A DNA stretch of 64,000 bases, taken from the NCBI GenBank assembly GCA_963691875.1, contig OY829846.1, positions 256,001-320,000 of the forward strand, given 5' to 3'. Below are positions 1 through 8,981 of the stretch, piece by piece. The stretch's first letter is position 1, and each line of letters starts with the position of its first letter. A program made the translations under genes and the position numbers. Source of the DNA: Aureliella sp. (GTDB lineage: Bacteria; Planctomycetota; Planctomycetia; Pirellulales; Pirellulaceae). Under the pieces are notes generated by a model. That model was not told the origin of the DNA. It saw only the letters and a program-made list of their open reading frames with translations, and did not search any database.

Positions 1-1400
1 GTGCAGCAACGCGACCTATGAGATACTTTCTGTCCAACTAATACAGATAGGTATCCTTCCGGCCCAAAAATGTCTGACGAAAGACGTTTCCGAAGGGGCT
101 GAAAGTTGGGGCCCGACTCTTTGTAAAAATCAAAGATTTCTTGCGCGTCGCCCAATTCGGCGTCATTTCGGCAAGCGTCCCAGAAAGCAGATCTACTATG
201 CCGATTGGGTTTGTAATGAAGAGCAAGGAAATCCCTGACCTGCATCCAATTCTCCTGTTGCCCACGGTTGAAGATGGATCGATGGATTTCAGCAACATGA
301 GAACTTCGCAGTATCGCAACAACTTGATCAATAGCGCTTGTCATAAAGCCGATCGCTGTAGCTTCTAAGGGTTCGACAAACCCCGCTGCATTACCAATTG
401 CCACGACGTTCTTTACCCAAGTGCGACGATAAACACCGCTTCGGAAATTCACGATGCGCGTGCTATCCACCTTCGGATTCTTCATCCTGAATTCCGACTC
501 AGCCTCCTCGTCGGTGATAAAGCTGCTTGAGTAGACGTAGCCCCTGTTGACGATTTCGTCGTGCTCGATGCGCCAACTCCATCCAGAATTCATGGCCTCC
601 GCCAGCGTGAATGCGTGGTACGTATCCGTGTCACGTGCCCATCCTCCCACAACAGCACGATCGCAGAAAAGCGAATTGTCAAACGACAAGAAATCCTCAT
701 TCAATGCTTTGCCCAGAAGTTCCGACCGAAATCCGGAACAGTCTATGAAAAGTTTGGCCGAAACATGCTCGCCACTATCGAGTCTCAGGGTTTCAACGCC
801 GTCTTTATTCACCGAGACATGCTGAACGATCGCATCTAGCTTCCTCACACCCAGCTCGTCAGTATATCGCTCAAGAAATTCTACAAACCTCCGGTTTTCC
901 AAGTGGTAAGCAAAACGTGGACTCAACACCGGAGCTCCCTCAGAATTAAGACACGCCACTTTGCCGTGATACATCAAGGAGCTTGCTTCGTTGGCGTACG
1001 TTGCATCGGAACTACAGAACGCACCAATTGGCTGTGAAAACCTACTTTGCGCTGGATTTCCGGCAGAGAATTGTGGTGCAAAGGAGTAGTGATAGGGAGT
1101 ATCTGAGCCCCATAAGAATTGAATCCCCAGTTTGATACTGGGACGTACTTCCTGATGAAACCGAAGCGGCTCAATTCCTAGGTAGTGATGCAGGAAGCGT
1201 CCGATTGTTGCAATCGTTCCCTCTCCCACACCGATAATCCCGAGCTTCGTTGACCGCACCATGAGCAACTTACGGTCAGGTAAATGCCTTTTTATGGCTA
1301 TTGCTGCGAGCAGGGCTGCCGTACCGCCCCCAAGAATGAGAACATCCGCTTCAGCGTCATCATTGCTGTGTGTTTTGTTGTTACTTGGCTGCAGTATCAT
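1..1400 (-). CDS. Flavin-dependent halogenase, tryptophan halogenase family (3' end runs off the window)
   Basis: Manual translation from ATG at 1400 is open to position 1. It contains VLILGGGTAA (FAD binding), GVGEGT, PSIKLGIQF (catalytic Lys region), LFIDCSGF, WSWRIE and GNAAGFVEPLEATAIG. Missing from the ORF track because there is no stop inside the window. Confidence 0.92.
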   Translation of the reverse strand, partial: MILQPSNNKTHSNDDAEADVLILGGGTAALLAAIAIKRHLPDRKLLMVRSTKLGIIGVGEGTIATIGRFLHHYLGIEPLRFHQEVRPSIKLGIQFLWGSDTPYHYSFAPQFSAGNPAQSRFSQPIGAFCSSDATYANEASSLMYHGKVACLNSEGAPVLSPRFAYHLENRRFVEFLERYTDELGVRKLDAIVQHVSVNKDGVETLRLDSGEHVSAKLFIDCSGFRSELLGKALNEDFLSFDNSLFCDRAVVGGWARDTDTYHAFTLAEAMNSGWSWRIEHDEIVNRGYVYSSSFITDEEAESEFRMKNPKVDSTRIVNFRSGVYRRTWVKNVVAIGNAAGFVEPLEATAIGFMTSAIDQVVAILRSSHVAEIHRSIFNRGQQENWMQVRDFLALHYKPNRHSRSAFWDACRNDAELGDAQEIFDFYKESGPNFQPLRKRLSSDIFGPEGYLSVLVGQKVSHRSRCC

Positions 1401-1763
1401 TGTCTTCTTAGGCTGAAGGGAAAAACAGCTTCCAACTGTGTTCCCGATTTTACTTAGACGGATATCACGATAAATAGGCTAGTTTTCTGAAACGTCTCCT
1501 ACGCCTCTATGTTTGGGGACCTGATACGGGAATTCCTTACGGGGTCTCCTTTATGTCGACGCTGAGATAACAGCAAATTGCCGGTTCGGACCATCATCCG
1601 GCTGAGTATGCGAAGGATGTGCCACTCTATCACTTGCAGATGTTGAAGAGTCTTTTGGCTCGAACTTCCCATTTTGTCTTTAAATTGTCGTGTATGACGC
1701 GACTGTGACGACGTGGCCGGATGGCAGCACTTTTGATTCTCGTAAATGCCCAAGCCCCCGGGA

Positions 1764-1986
1764 CAGGAATCGGCCCGCCAAACGAGCTAATTGAAGGTAG
1801 AAAGCAAGATCCTCAGAAGCCGGCATCCGAGGCGACTGACTCTGACACAACGCGAAAAGAATCGGCTGCTCCGGTCTGCCAAGAACCTCGGTCCGATGCT
1901 GCAGGAGCTGGCAACGACCGTTCATAGCGCTACGATTCTATTGTCCGATATCGGATGCAAAGATCGCCTTGGCGGGCTCCTAAAAG
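1764..1986 (+). mobile_element. Decayed, internally deleted transposase/integrase-core gene remnant
   Basis: The frame reads QESARQTS*LKVESKILRSRHPRRLTLTQREKNRLLRSAKNLG...TTVHSATILL, joined directly to IGCKDRLGGLLK. These resemble the N- and C-termini of planctomycete integrase-core transposases. TAA at 1788-1790; no DDE core. Confidence 0.7.
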
Positions 1987-2232
1987 GTGCATGTGAAAAT
2001 CTGCATCGTCTGCATGTCTCAAACAACGATTCGGTCCACTGTCAAAGGTAGGGGCATACTGTTCAGCGTATGCATACATTGATTCTCCCCGATAATCGTC
2101 TGCCGCAGAAGATCTTCTGCATTGCCTTCAGCAATAGAAGCTAGCTACTCTCGGCTTAAACTACTAAATCTTCCCGACCTATGTCGTCCGAGCTGACTTA
2201 TTGCACGGAGCGGCAAGGAAGATCGCTCTCAA

Positions 2233-3327
2233 TCACACTTTCCGGAGCTTCGTGACGCGGCCGGTTTTGACCCATTCGGTGACGAATATGTTTCCGTCTT
2301 GATCGAAGCACGCGTCGTGTGGGTGAACAAACTTGCCGGCTTCCCATTTCGGACGTTGGCCTCGCATCCTTAAGCCTTTGAGAGCCACTTCGCGCCAAGC
2401 AGCGTTATCGCCAAGATGAACGATGACGTTATTTTCTTTGTCGAGAATTGTGATGCGGCAGTGCAGATCCGGCACCAGCATCAAATCGTCTTGAACGTCG
2501 ATGTCAGCGGGGAAAAGGAACCCACCCAACGTCTTGAGATGCTTGCCATCCATATCAAACCATTGCAACCGTTTGTTCGCACGGTCTGCGACGACTAGCT
2601 TAGGTGTGCCATCACGGTTATCCAGCCATTGCCCGTGCGGAGTTTGGAATTGCCCGTCGGCTTTTCCACTTCCGCCGATCGAGCGCACATAGTTGTCCAC
2701 TTCGTCATATTGGTGAATCCAGTTGCTTCCGTAACCGTCACCCAGGAAGTAACCTCCGTCAGGTGCGAAGCTCGTGTTGGTTGGCCTGTAGCGTGCGCCC
2801 TTCGGGTACTTGCCGGTTTCTTCCGCTAGCTGCTCTAGCTCTTTCCGCCAAACCACTTCACCATTGCGGCTGAGTTTGGCGAAGCCGAGTTTGGAGTCGC
2901 TCGCGGCGAGGTATATGAACTCTTCGTTGCCTTCTTTACGCAAGTCGATCCCGTGTCCGCGGCTTGTTTTGTCAGCGACGTGGAAGGCGCCCATGTTCTT
3001 AACGAAAGTGCCGTCTGGCTCGAATACGAAAATAGATCCCGGGTTGCCTTGATTGTGCGTGATGTAGATCAAGCCTTCGGAATCGATCGTTACACCGTGA
3101 GAGGCGTTGCCGTAGGATGCGCCTTTGGGCAAGTTCGCCATGCCCCAATCGTGAATGCACTCGTAAGTATGCTCGCCTTCACCGATAATCGCATTCTTGG
3201 TTCCTGATTTATTCGACGCATGGATAGCCGGAAGTGGCAGTGCTGCCGCAGAGGTTAGGCCGGCAACGCGCAAAAATGTTCGACGGTTCGCGTGCCGCCT
3301 TAAAACGGAACTTTTGTTCGAAAGCAT
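2233..3327 (-). CDS. NHL-repeat beta-propeller protein (peptidylglycine lyase-like), Tat signal
   Basis: RRTFL twin-arginine motif; NHL-type repeats (GQFQTPHG, VVADRANKRLQWFD, GKFVHPHDACFDQDGNIFVTEW). Confidence 0.8.
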   Translation of the reverse strand: MLSNKSSVLRRHANRRTFLRVAGLTSAAALPLPAIHASNKSGTKNAIIGEGEHTYECIHDWGMANLPKGASYGNASHGVTIDSEGLIYITHNQGNPGSIFVFEPDGTFVKNMGAFHVADKTSRGHGIDLRKEGNEEFIYLAASDSKLGFAKLSRNGEVVWRKELEQLAEETGKYPKGARYRPTNTSFAPDGGYFLGDGYGSNWIHQYDEVDNYVRSIGGSGKADGQFQTPHGQWLDNRDGTPKLVVADRANKRLQWFDMDGKHLKTLGGFLFPADIDVQDDLMLVPDLHCRITILDKENNVIVHLGDNAAWREVALKGLRMRGQRPKWEAGKFVHPHDACFDQDGNIFVTEWVKTGRVTKLRKV

Positions 3328-3370
3328 AGTGCGTCTCCAGGTGAATTTGTGAAGTGGGGAAGCTTCATTG

Positions 3371-4948
3371 TTACGCGGTGTGGATTGAGGGATCGCCGGC
3401 CTCTACCACGAAGGATGCTCGAGCTGATGTGGTGCCGCCTGGTTTGAGCACTTGATCGACGACCATGTAATCGCTGGTCCAAGTCTCGGGTGTCACAGTG
3501 CAGCGGATATAGCCGCGCTGGCGGTTGTGGAACTTGACGAAGGGGTTTTTCGAGATCAGCGCGTCGAGGCTGGACGGCTTGTCTTCTCCATTACCGCCAC
3601 TGGAGATTGATGTCCCGACAAATTCAGTTGCAACCTTTTGCGAATCTTGGTCGCGGTCGTCGATTCGTAGCTCGTTGGCCCAATTGGAGTGAATGTCGCC
3701 CGTCAAGACAACTGGGTTCGGCACGCGTCGCTCCGCCATGAATTTCATCAGTTGGATTCGCTCTGAAGCGTAGCCGGGCCATTGATCCATCGAGTAGTCA
3801 ACTGTGTCGTCACCTTTGGGGCGTCCAACCAGCCCCATCATGACTTGTTGAGCCAGCACATTCCAAGTTGCACGCGAGTTGATCAGAGACTTGTAGAGCC
3901 AGTTTCTTTGCTCGCTACCGAGCAAGGAATTTTCTGCGTTGAGAGCTTGTTCATTCAATGGTGAGCGCCGGTCGCCATTGGGTTGGTCGGTGCGGTGTTG
4001 GCGAGTGTCAAGGATCATCAAGTCCGCCAAGCGACCAAACGGAGCTCGGCGATAGAGTTGCATATGAGGGCCTTGAGGCATTGAGCGACGACGCAGTGGC
4101 ATCATTTCGTAGTAGGCCTGATAGGCAGCCGTCCGCCGCGTCATAAATGCCAGTGGGTCGATCCCCTTCTCTTCAGAGACAAGGTCCGCGTAGTTGTTGT
4201 CAAACTCGTGGTCATCCCAAGTGACAAACCAAGGACACTTTGCATGCATGTTGTGCAGGAGTGGATCGGACCTGTACTGCGAAAGCCGGACTCGGTAGTC
4301 GCCGAGTGATTCGATTTCCGGGCCTAGATGTGACCGAACTTTACCGTTTCGCCCCGAGGCGTACTCGTAAATGTAGTCGCCCAAGTGGAAGACCAAGTCG
4401 AGCTCGTCGTTGGCCATCTGTTCGTACGCAGTGAAAAGTCCTTGCTCATAGTTTTGGCAAGAGGCGACAGCGAATTTGAGTTGCTTGGCTTGCACCCAAG
4501 GTGCAGGCATCGTTCGAGTACGTCCAACTGGACTGATCGCATCGCCTGCCGTAAAGCGATACCAGTACCAGCGATCTGGCTCGAGCTGATCCAGCTCGAC
4601 ATGGACCGAGTGTCCGAGCTGTGGAGTCGCCAACTGATTCCCCTTGGCGATGATCTTCTTCATACCTTCGTCTTCGGCGACTTCCCAGCCGACTCGTACG
4701 GCTACAGCCGGCATTCCACCATTCGGAGTCAGCGGCTCGGGGGCCAATCGGGTCCAGATCACGACGCCGCGATGGTCAGGGTCACCAGAAGCGACGCCCA
4801 AGGAAAAAGGATTGTCGCTGAAGCTCGGGGCTTCGATTGCTTGTGAGGTGTTGCCTAGTAGTGGAATCGAAGATATCGCTGCGCTGTAAGCTAAAAATTG
4901 ACGACGGGGAGTCAAGTCGTAGCTGAAGAGTTTGTGTGACTGTGGCAT
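3371..4948 (-). CDS. phoD: Alkaline phosphatase D family protein, Tat signal
   Basis: RRQFL; PFSLGVASGDP; HLGDYIYE; WDDHEFDNN; LDTRQHR; LTGDIH. Confidence 0.93.
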   Translation of the reverse strand: MPQSHKLFSYDLTPRRQFLAYSAAISSIPLLGNTSQAIEAPSFSDNPFSLGVASGDPDHRGVVIWTRLAPEPLTPNGGMPAVAVRVGWEVAEDEGMKKIIAKGNQLATPQLGHSVHVELDQLEPDRWYWYRFTAGDAISPVGRTRTMPAPWVQAKQLKFAVASCQNYEQGLFTAYEQMANDELDLVFHLGDYIYEYASGRNGKVRSHLGPEIESLGDYRVRLSQYRSDPLLHNMHAKCPWFVTWDDHEFDNNYADLVSEEKGIDPLAFMTRRTAAYQAYYEMMPLRRRSMPQGPHMQLYRRAPFGRLADLMILDTRQHRTDQPNGDRRSPLNEQALNAENSLLGSEQRNWLYKSLINSRATWNVLAQQVMMGLVGRPKGDDTVDYSMDQWPGYASERIQLMKFMAERRVPNPVVLTGDIHSNWANELRIDDRDQDSQKVATEFVGTSISSGGNGEDKPSSLDALISKNPFVKFHNRQRGYIRCTVTPETWTSDYMVVDQVLKPGGTTSARASFVVEAGDPSIHTA

Positions 4949-5129
4949 TGCTTCCGAACCCTTAGAGTGAAGTTTTCTGGGGGGGAGCCATTGTAACTGG
5001 TACTAAGGTCTCTGGTGGCAGCCTCGAAAAATAAACACCATAAGCCACGCGAATCGGCGAAGCATTTCCCGGTCCTCATTCTTCCGACTGCATTCAACGC
5101 ACGCTAGAATTCGGGCATTCAGAGCCATT

Positions 5130-7268
5130 GTGTCACCTAGGAATATTCTAATGAAATCGTCGCTTTCTGCAGTACTTCTCTTGATTGTCGTACTTGGTTC
5201 TGCCACGGCAGATGAAGGCATGTTTCCGATCAGTGAAATTGGCCGACTGGGGCTAGCCGAGCAGGGTCTAAAGTTGACTTCCGAAGAGGTATTCAACACA
5301 AAGCAAACGTGCCTTGTCGATGGGATTTGTAAGGTAAATGGTTGCACCGGTTCATTCGTTTCGCCCAACGGACTGATTATTACCAATCACCATTGTGCGT
5401 ACCGCGCGATCCAAAGCTCCAGCTCAATAACGAATGACTATCTAACTGATGGCTTCCAAGCAAAGACTCTCGGAGATGAGCTGCCAGCTAACGGATACAC
5501 GGTGCGGATTACCGAGTCCTTCGAGGATATTTCGGCTCAAGTTTTATCGGCAATCAAACCGGAGATGAGCTTTACCGAAAGGACCAAAGCAATCGAGCAG
5601 CGGCAGAAGGAACTGGAAAAAGCGGCGGAGGAGAAGGATCCTGGCCAACGTGCTGAAGTTGCGGAGATGTTCGCGGGTAAGACGTATGTACTTTTCTTGT
5701 ATACCTACATTAAGGATGTGCGTTTGGTTTTTGCACCTCCTGCTTCAGTCGGCAACTACGGTGGCGAAGTTGATAATTGGGAATGGCCACGTCACACAGG
5801 CGATTTCTCGTTTATGCGAGCCTACGTTGCACCGGACGGTACGACGGCCGAGTACTCAAAGGAAAATATTCCTTATCAACCGAAGCGATTCATTCAAGTT
5901 GAGGCCAAAGGCGTCGACGAAGGCGACTACGTGATGCTGATCGGCTATCCCGGCCGAACAGCAAGGCACAAGACGGCTAGCTTCTTAGATTATGAGCAGA
6001 AAGTGCGTTTGCCGTATGTGGTGGATCTTTACCAGTGGCAAATAGAACAGATGCAAAGAGCGGGCAGTCAAGACCGCGGCATCGCTCTGAAGCATTCTTC
6101 GCGGATGAAGAGCTTGGCTAACGTGGAAAAGCGTTCACGAGGACAGTTGAAGGGGTTGGTGCGAAAGAATATCGTCGCAACCAGGGCCGCGGCAGAAGCA
6201 GAGCTGCAAGCATTCATCGATGCGGATGCACAACGCAAATCCAAGTATGGCTCACTTCTGAAAGATATTGCTTCGGTTTATGCAGAGATGGAAGCGAACA
6301 AGCATGAATTGGATATCGAGAATCTCAGATCGGCCAGCCGTTTGATGTACTTTGCTTTTACGCTTTACGACAGCGCTGTCGAGCGGCAGAAGGCCGACCT
6401 GGAACGTGAGTCGGCTTACATGGATCGCAATATCGATCTGACTCGCCGACGATTGATGTTGGCTGTCAAAGATTATCATGCTCCCACGGATCAAGTCATT
6501 CTCAGGGAGATGCTAGCGCGAGTTCGCGCCGCCGCAGACAAGACGCAAGTTTTCAGCAAGTTTCTGCCTTTGGCTGATTCACTCTCTAATCTCTACGCTG
6601 GCACGAAGTTAGGGGCCCCCGAATTTATTCAATCCTGTTTTGACAAGACACCCGAACAGCTCGCCGATCTCAATGATCCCGCTATTGCGACTATCATTGA
6701 GCTCTACCCCAAATACATGGAGCTTCGCGAGCAGGCGAAGTCGCGTTCTGGAAAACTCGATCAGCTTTACGGAGATCTCGTCACAGTCAAGCAAGAGTTT
6801 CTGAAGCAGAGCTTTGTCCCTGATGCAAATTCAACTTTGCGGCTGACCTACGGACATGTGAAAGGTTATTCGCCAGAGGATGCAGTTTACAAGTCACCGA
6901 TTACTACGCTGGGTGGCGCAGTAGCCAAAGCAACCGGTGTGACGCCGTTTGATTTGCCTCAGGCAATCATCGAAAGACATGCGGCAGGTGACTTCGGGCA
7001 ATTCATGCATCCGAAACTGAAGGACGTTCCGACAGGGATTCTGTACGACACTGATACGACTGGCGGAAACTCCGGCAGTCCCATTCTGAATGGCGAAGGA
7101 CGTTTGGTCGGCGTTAACTTTGACAGGGCTTTTGAGGCCACGATCAACGACTTTGCCTGGAATGAGTCATACAGCCGTTCGATTGGGGTAGACATCCGAT
7201 ATGCGCTTTGGATCACAGGCAATGTATTTGGTGCCAGTCATCTGCTTGAAGAAATGGGCGTCGAGTAA
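5130..7268 (+). CDS. S46 family dipeptidyl peptidase (DPP7/DPP11-like), secreted
   Basis: Signal peptide then ADEGMF; GCTGSFVS; TNHHC; DNWEWPRHTGDFS; catalytic TTGGNSGSP. The true start may be the ATG at 5151. Confidence 0.93.
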   Translation: MSPRNILMKSSLSAVLLLIVVLGSATADEGMFPISEIGRLGLAEQGLKLTSEEVFNTKQTCLVDGICKVNGCTGSFVSPNGLIITNHHCAYRAIQSSSSITNDYLTDGFQAKTLGDELPANGYTVRITESFEDISAQVLSAIKPEMSFTERTKAIEQRQKELEKAAEEKDPGQRAEVAEMFAGKTYVLFLYTYIKDVRLVFAPPASVGNYGGEVDNWEWPRHTGDFSFMRAYVAPDGTTAEYSKENIPYQPKRFIQVEAKGVDEGDYVMLIGYPGRTARHKTASFLDYEQKVRLPYVVDLYQWQIEQMQRAGSQDRGIALKHSSRMKSLANVEKRSRGQLKGLVRKNIVATRAAAEAELQAFIDADAQRKSKYGSLLKDIASVYAEMEANKHELDIENLRSASRLMYFAFTLYDSAVERQKADLERESAYMDRNIDLTRRRLMLAVKDYHAPTDQVILREMLARVRAAADKTQVFSKFLPLADSLSNLYAGTKLGAPEFIQSCFDKTPEQLADLNDPAIATIIELYPKYMELREQAKSRSGKLDQLYGDLVTVKQEFLKQSFVPDANSTLRLTYGHVKGYSPEDAVYKSPITTLGGAVAKATGVTPFDLPQAIIERHAAGDFGQFMHPKLKDVPTGILYDTDTTGGNSGSPILNGEGRLVGVNFDRAFEATINDFAWNESYSRSIGVDIRYALWITGNVFGASHLLEEMGVE

Positions 7269-7302
7269 GCCTGTGCGGCGGTTCCGTGGTTGACTGAGTC
7301 GG

Positions 7303-7806
7303 TCAGTCGTGGCGATATTTGTGCCCGTGATCGTTTTTGTGAAATAGAGAGACTTCGAGAGTCTCGCCATTCATCGGGCACCATAGAGTCAGGTGGAATT
7401 CGTCGGCGCTGAGTAGTTGCTGAGGGAGTTTGTTGAAGCCTATCGCGAATCGTGAGGAATGCCCATCTGGATCGCTTGGCCTGGGATGAGCAGCAAGGGT
7501 GGTATCGAAGTCGACAGAGCCAGCTTGGAAGTTTGCCTTGAGTGATTCCCCCTGCAGGGCGAATGGCTGCTGATCCGTCGTCGATTGGCTGTAAACAATC
7601 ATTCGCTTGCCGCGATCATCCAGCGTAAGCTCAAGTTCAAGATTTGCACCATCAGGCATCAAAAATACATGCCCGCCATGTGGACCATGTGCAGAGCTGA
7701 CGTGAGTCGCTTTCTTGCAGCCAATCGACGCGACGAAAAGGATACAGAGCAGTGGCAGGTTGAGTCGTGGAAGTGACTTAGAAATCTCCAACAGGTTCAC
7801 CATCAT
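7303..7806 (-). CDS. His-rich hypothetical lipoprotein (HGPHGGH motif)
   Basis: Hydrophobic stretch ending in the lipobox-like SIGC; HVSSAHGPHGGH; C-terminal HKNDHGHKYRHD. The start is uncertain because the ORF-track start lies inside the upstream gene. Confidence 0.7.
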   Translation of the reverse strand: MMVNLLEISKSLPRLNLPLLCILFVASIGCKKATHVSSAHGPHGGHVFLMPDGANLELELTLDDRGKRMIVYSQSTTDQQPFALQGESLKANFQAGSVDFDTTLAAHPRPSDPDGHSSRFAIGFNKLPQQLLSADEFHLTLWCPMNGETLEVSLFHKNDHGHKYRHD

Positions 7807-8860
7807 TCCGCTGGGCAAGGCGATGAAATACGCCATTTCGCTGTGATTCGATAGATTGAGATAGGAAGTGAACGGAGCCATCTGCGAAAACAAAATTGGA
7901 ACCACCATTATGATAACTACTGTAGTTCGCAGAGCCACGACCATCGCAGTCGATATTCAACGGAAACGGTGCGTCATTAATCGGATAGAAAGACGTTCCC
8001 AGAACCATTTGGTTGTCTGTAAAGCCGCAGTCTCTCCAAGAATTCATTCCGGCCCAAACCGCCGCGTAGTTTCGCGTCGACCTTTCTCCAAGTGCGATCG
8101 TGTTGCTACTTCCGTCGATTATTGCGGCCATATTAACAGTTGAGTTTCGCCCGAAGAGGCCGTTTCCGTGAAAGTCACGATCCTTCCATGCTGCGAGAAG
8201 ATTCTTCCATTCGCTTCCGTGAGAGCCAACGTAGTTTGACTTGGCAATCCTCATTCCAACGACAGGCCCGGTCACACCTGGTGGTCTCGTGAGATGAGCT
8301 CGGATCAGATCAGAGGGGTTGTAAAAGTCCTCATTTCGAATCGTCTCGTTTCTTGACTCGCCAGAAACAAAGAGGGATCGATAGGGATGAGCAAATTCAT
8401 CTCCGGTGTCGGATGGACAGACGAATAAGCTCAAGCTCGACAATAAGAATTTGGCTGACTGTGGATCCGTAGCAACGTCATCCAAAGATCGCCAATCTGG
8501 GGCAAGGCGATCATGAAGTGAAGTCTGTTCGACAAAGGGGAGCAGGAACACGCCCCATCCCCAGCTCTTGCCATCTATACCGCCCTCTACGTCCGCGATG
8601 TACCCTGACGGAAATTGCGAAAAGGCCGCGTGGTAGGCCTGCAGAGCAAGACCAAGCTGCTTCAGATTATTGGAGCACTGCGCCCTTCTTGCGGCTTCTC
8701 GTGCTGCTGAAACAGCCGGGAGCAATAGCGACACTAGGATGCCAATGATGGAAATCACTACAAGCATTTCGACAAGAGTAAAGCCCGCTCGCAAAACAGC
8801 TTGCGTCGGGCTTTTAAGCCGACTCTGCGTCTCTCGTTCTATTTGTTGCCCGATCAGCAT
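7778..8860 (-). CDS. DUF1559 family prepilin-type N-terminal cleavage/methylation protein
   Basis: GFTLVEMLVVISIIGILVSLLLPAVSAAREAARRAQCSNNLKQLGLA; FVCPSD; DGSSNTIALGE; H-X9-DG motif (SYHNGGSNFVFADGSVHF). Confidence 0.93.
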   Translation of the reverse strand: MLIGQQIERETQSRLKSPTQAVLRAGFTLVEMLVVISIIGILVSLLLPAVSAAREAARRAQCSNNLKQLGLALQAYHAAFSQFPSGYIADVEGGIDGKSWGWGVFLLPFVEQTSLHDRLAPDWRSLDDVATDPQSAKFLLSSLSLFVCPSDTGDEFAHPYRSLFVSGESRNETIRNEDFYNPSDLIRAHLTRPPGVTGPVVGMRIAKSNYVGSHGSEWKNLLAAWKDRDFHGNGLFGRNSTVNMAAIIDGSSNTIALGERSTRNYAAVWAGMNSWRDCGFTDNQMVLGTSFYPINDAPFPLNIDCDGRGSANYSSYHNGGSNFVFADGSVHFLSQSIESQRNGVFHRLAQRNDGEPVGDF

Positions 8861-8895
8861 GGTCTCGACTCAACTTTTGCTACTGCACTGCGCAA

Positions 8896-8912
8896 ATGCA
8901 AAGGAATTGCAT
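8896..8912. promoter_or_regulatory. Candidate Fur/Zur-type operator ATGCA-N7-TGCAT
   Basis: ATGCA-aaggaat-TGCAT lies about 35 bp upstream of the DUF1559 gene, with the same geometry as the palindrome at 23256-23278. Confidence 0.45.
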
Positions 8913-8981
8913 GTGTATGTTAGTTGCAAATTCTGCAATTGTCGAGATTAATGATGCTTATTCAGGCAAAGGATTAATGGC

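Noticed and set aside
38..1174. Short ORF-track entries at the left edge
   Set aside because: They are alternative-frame or antisense shadows of the halogenase gene.
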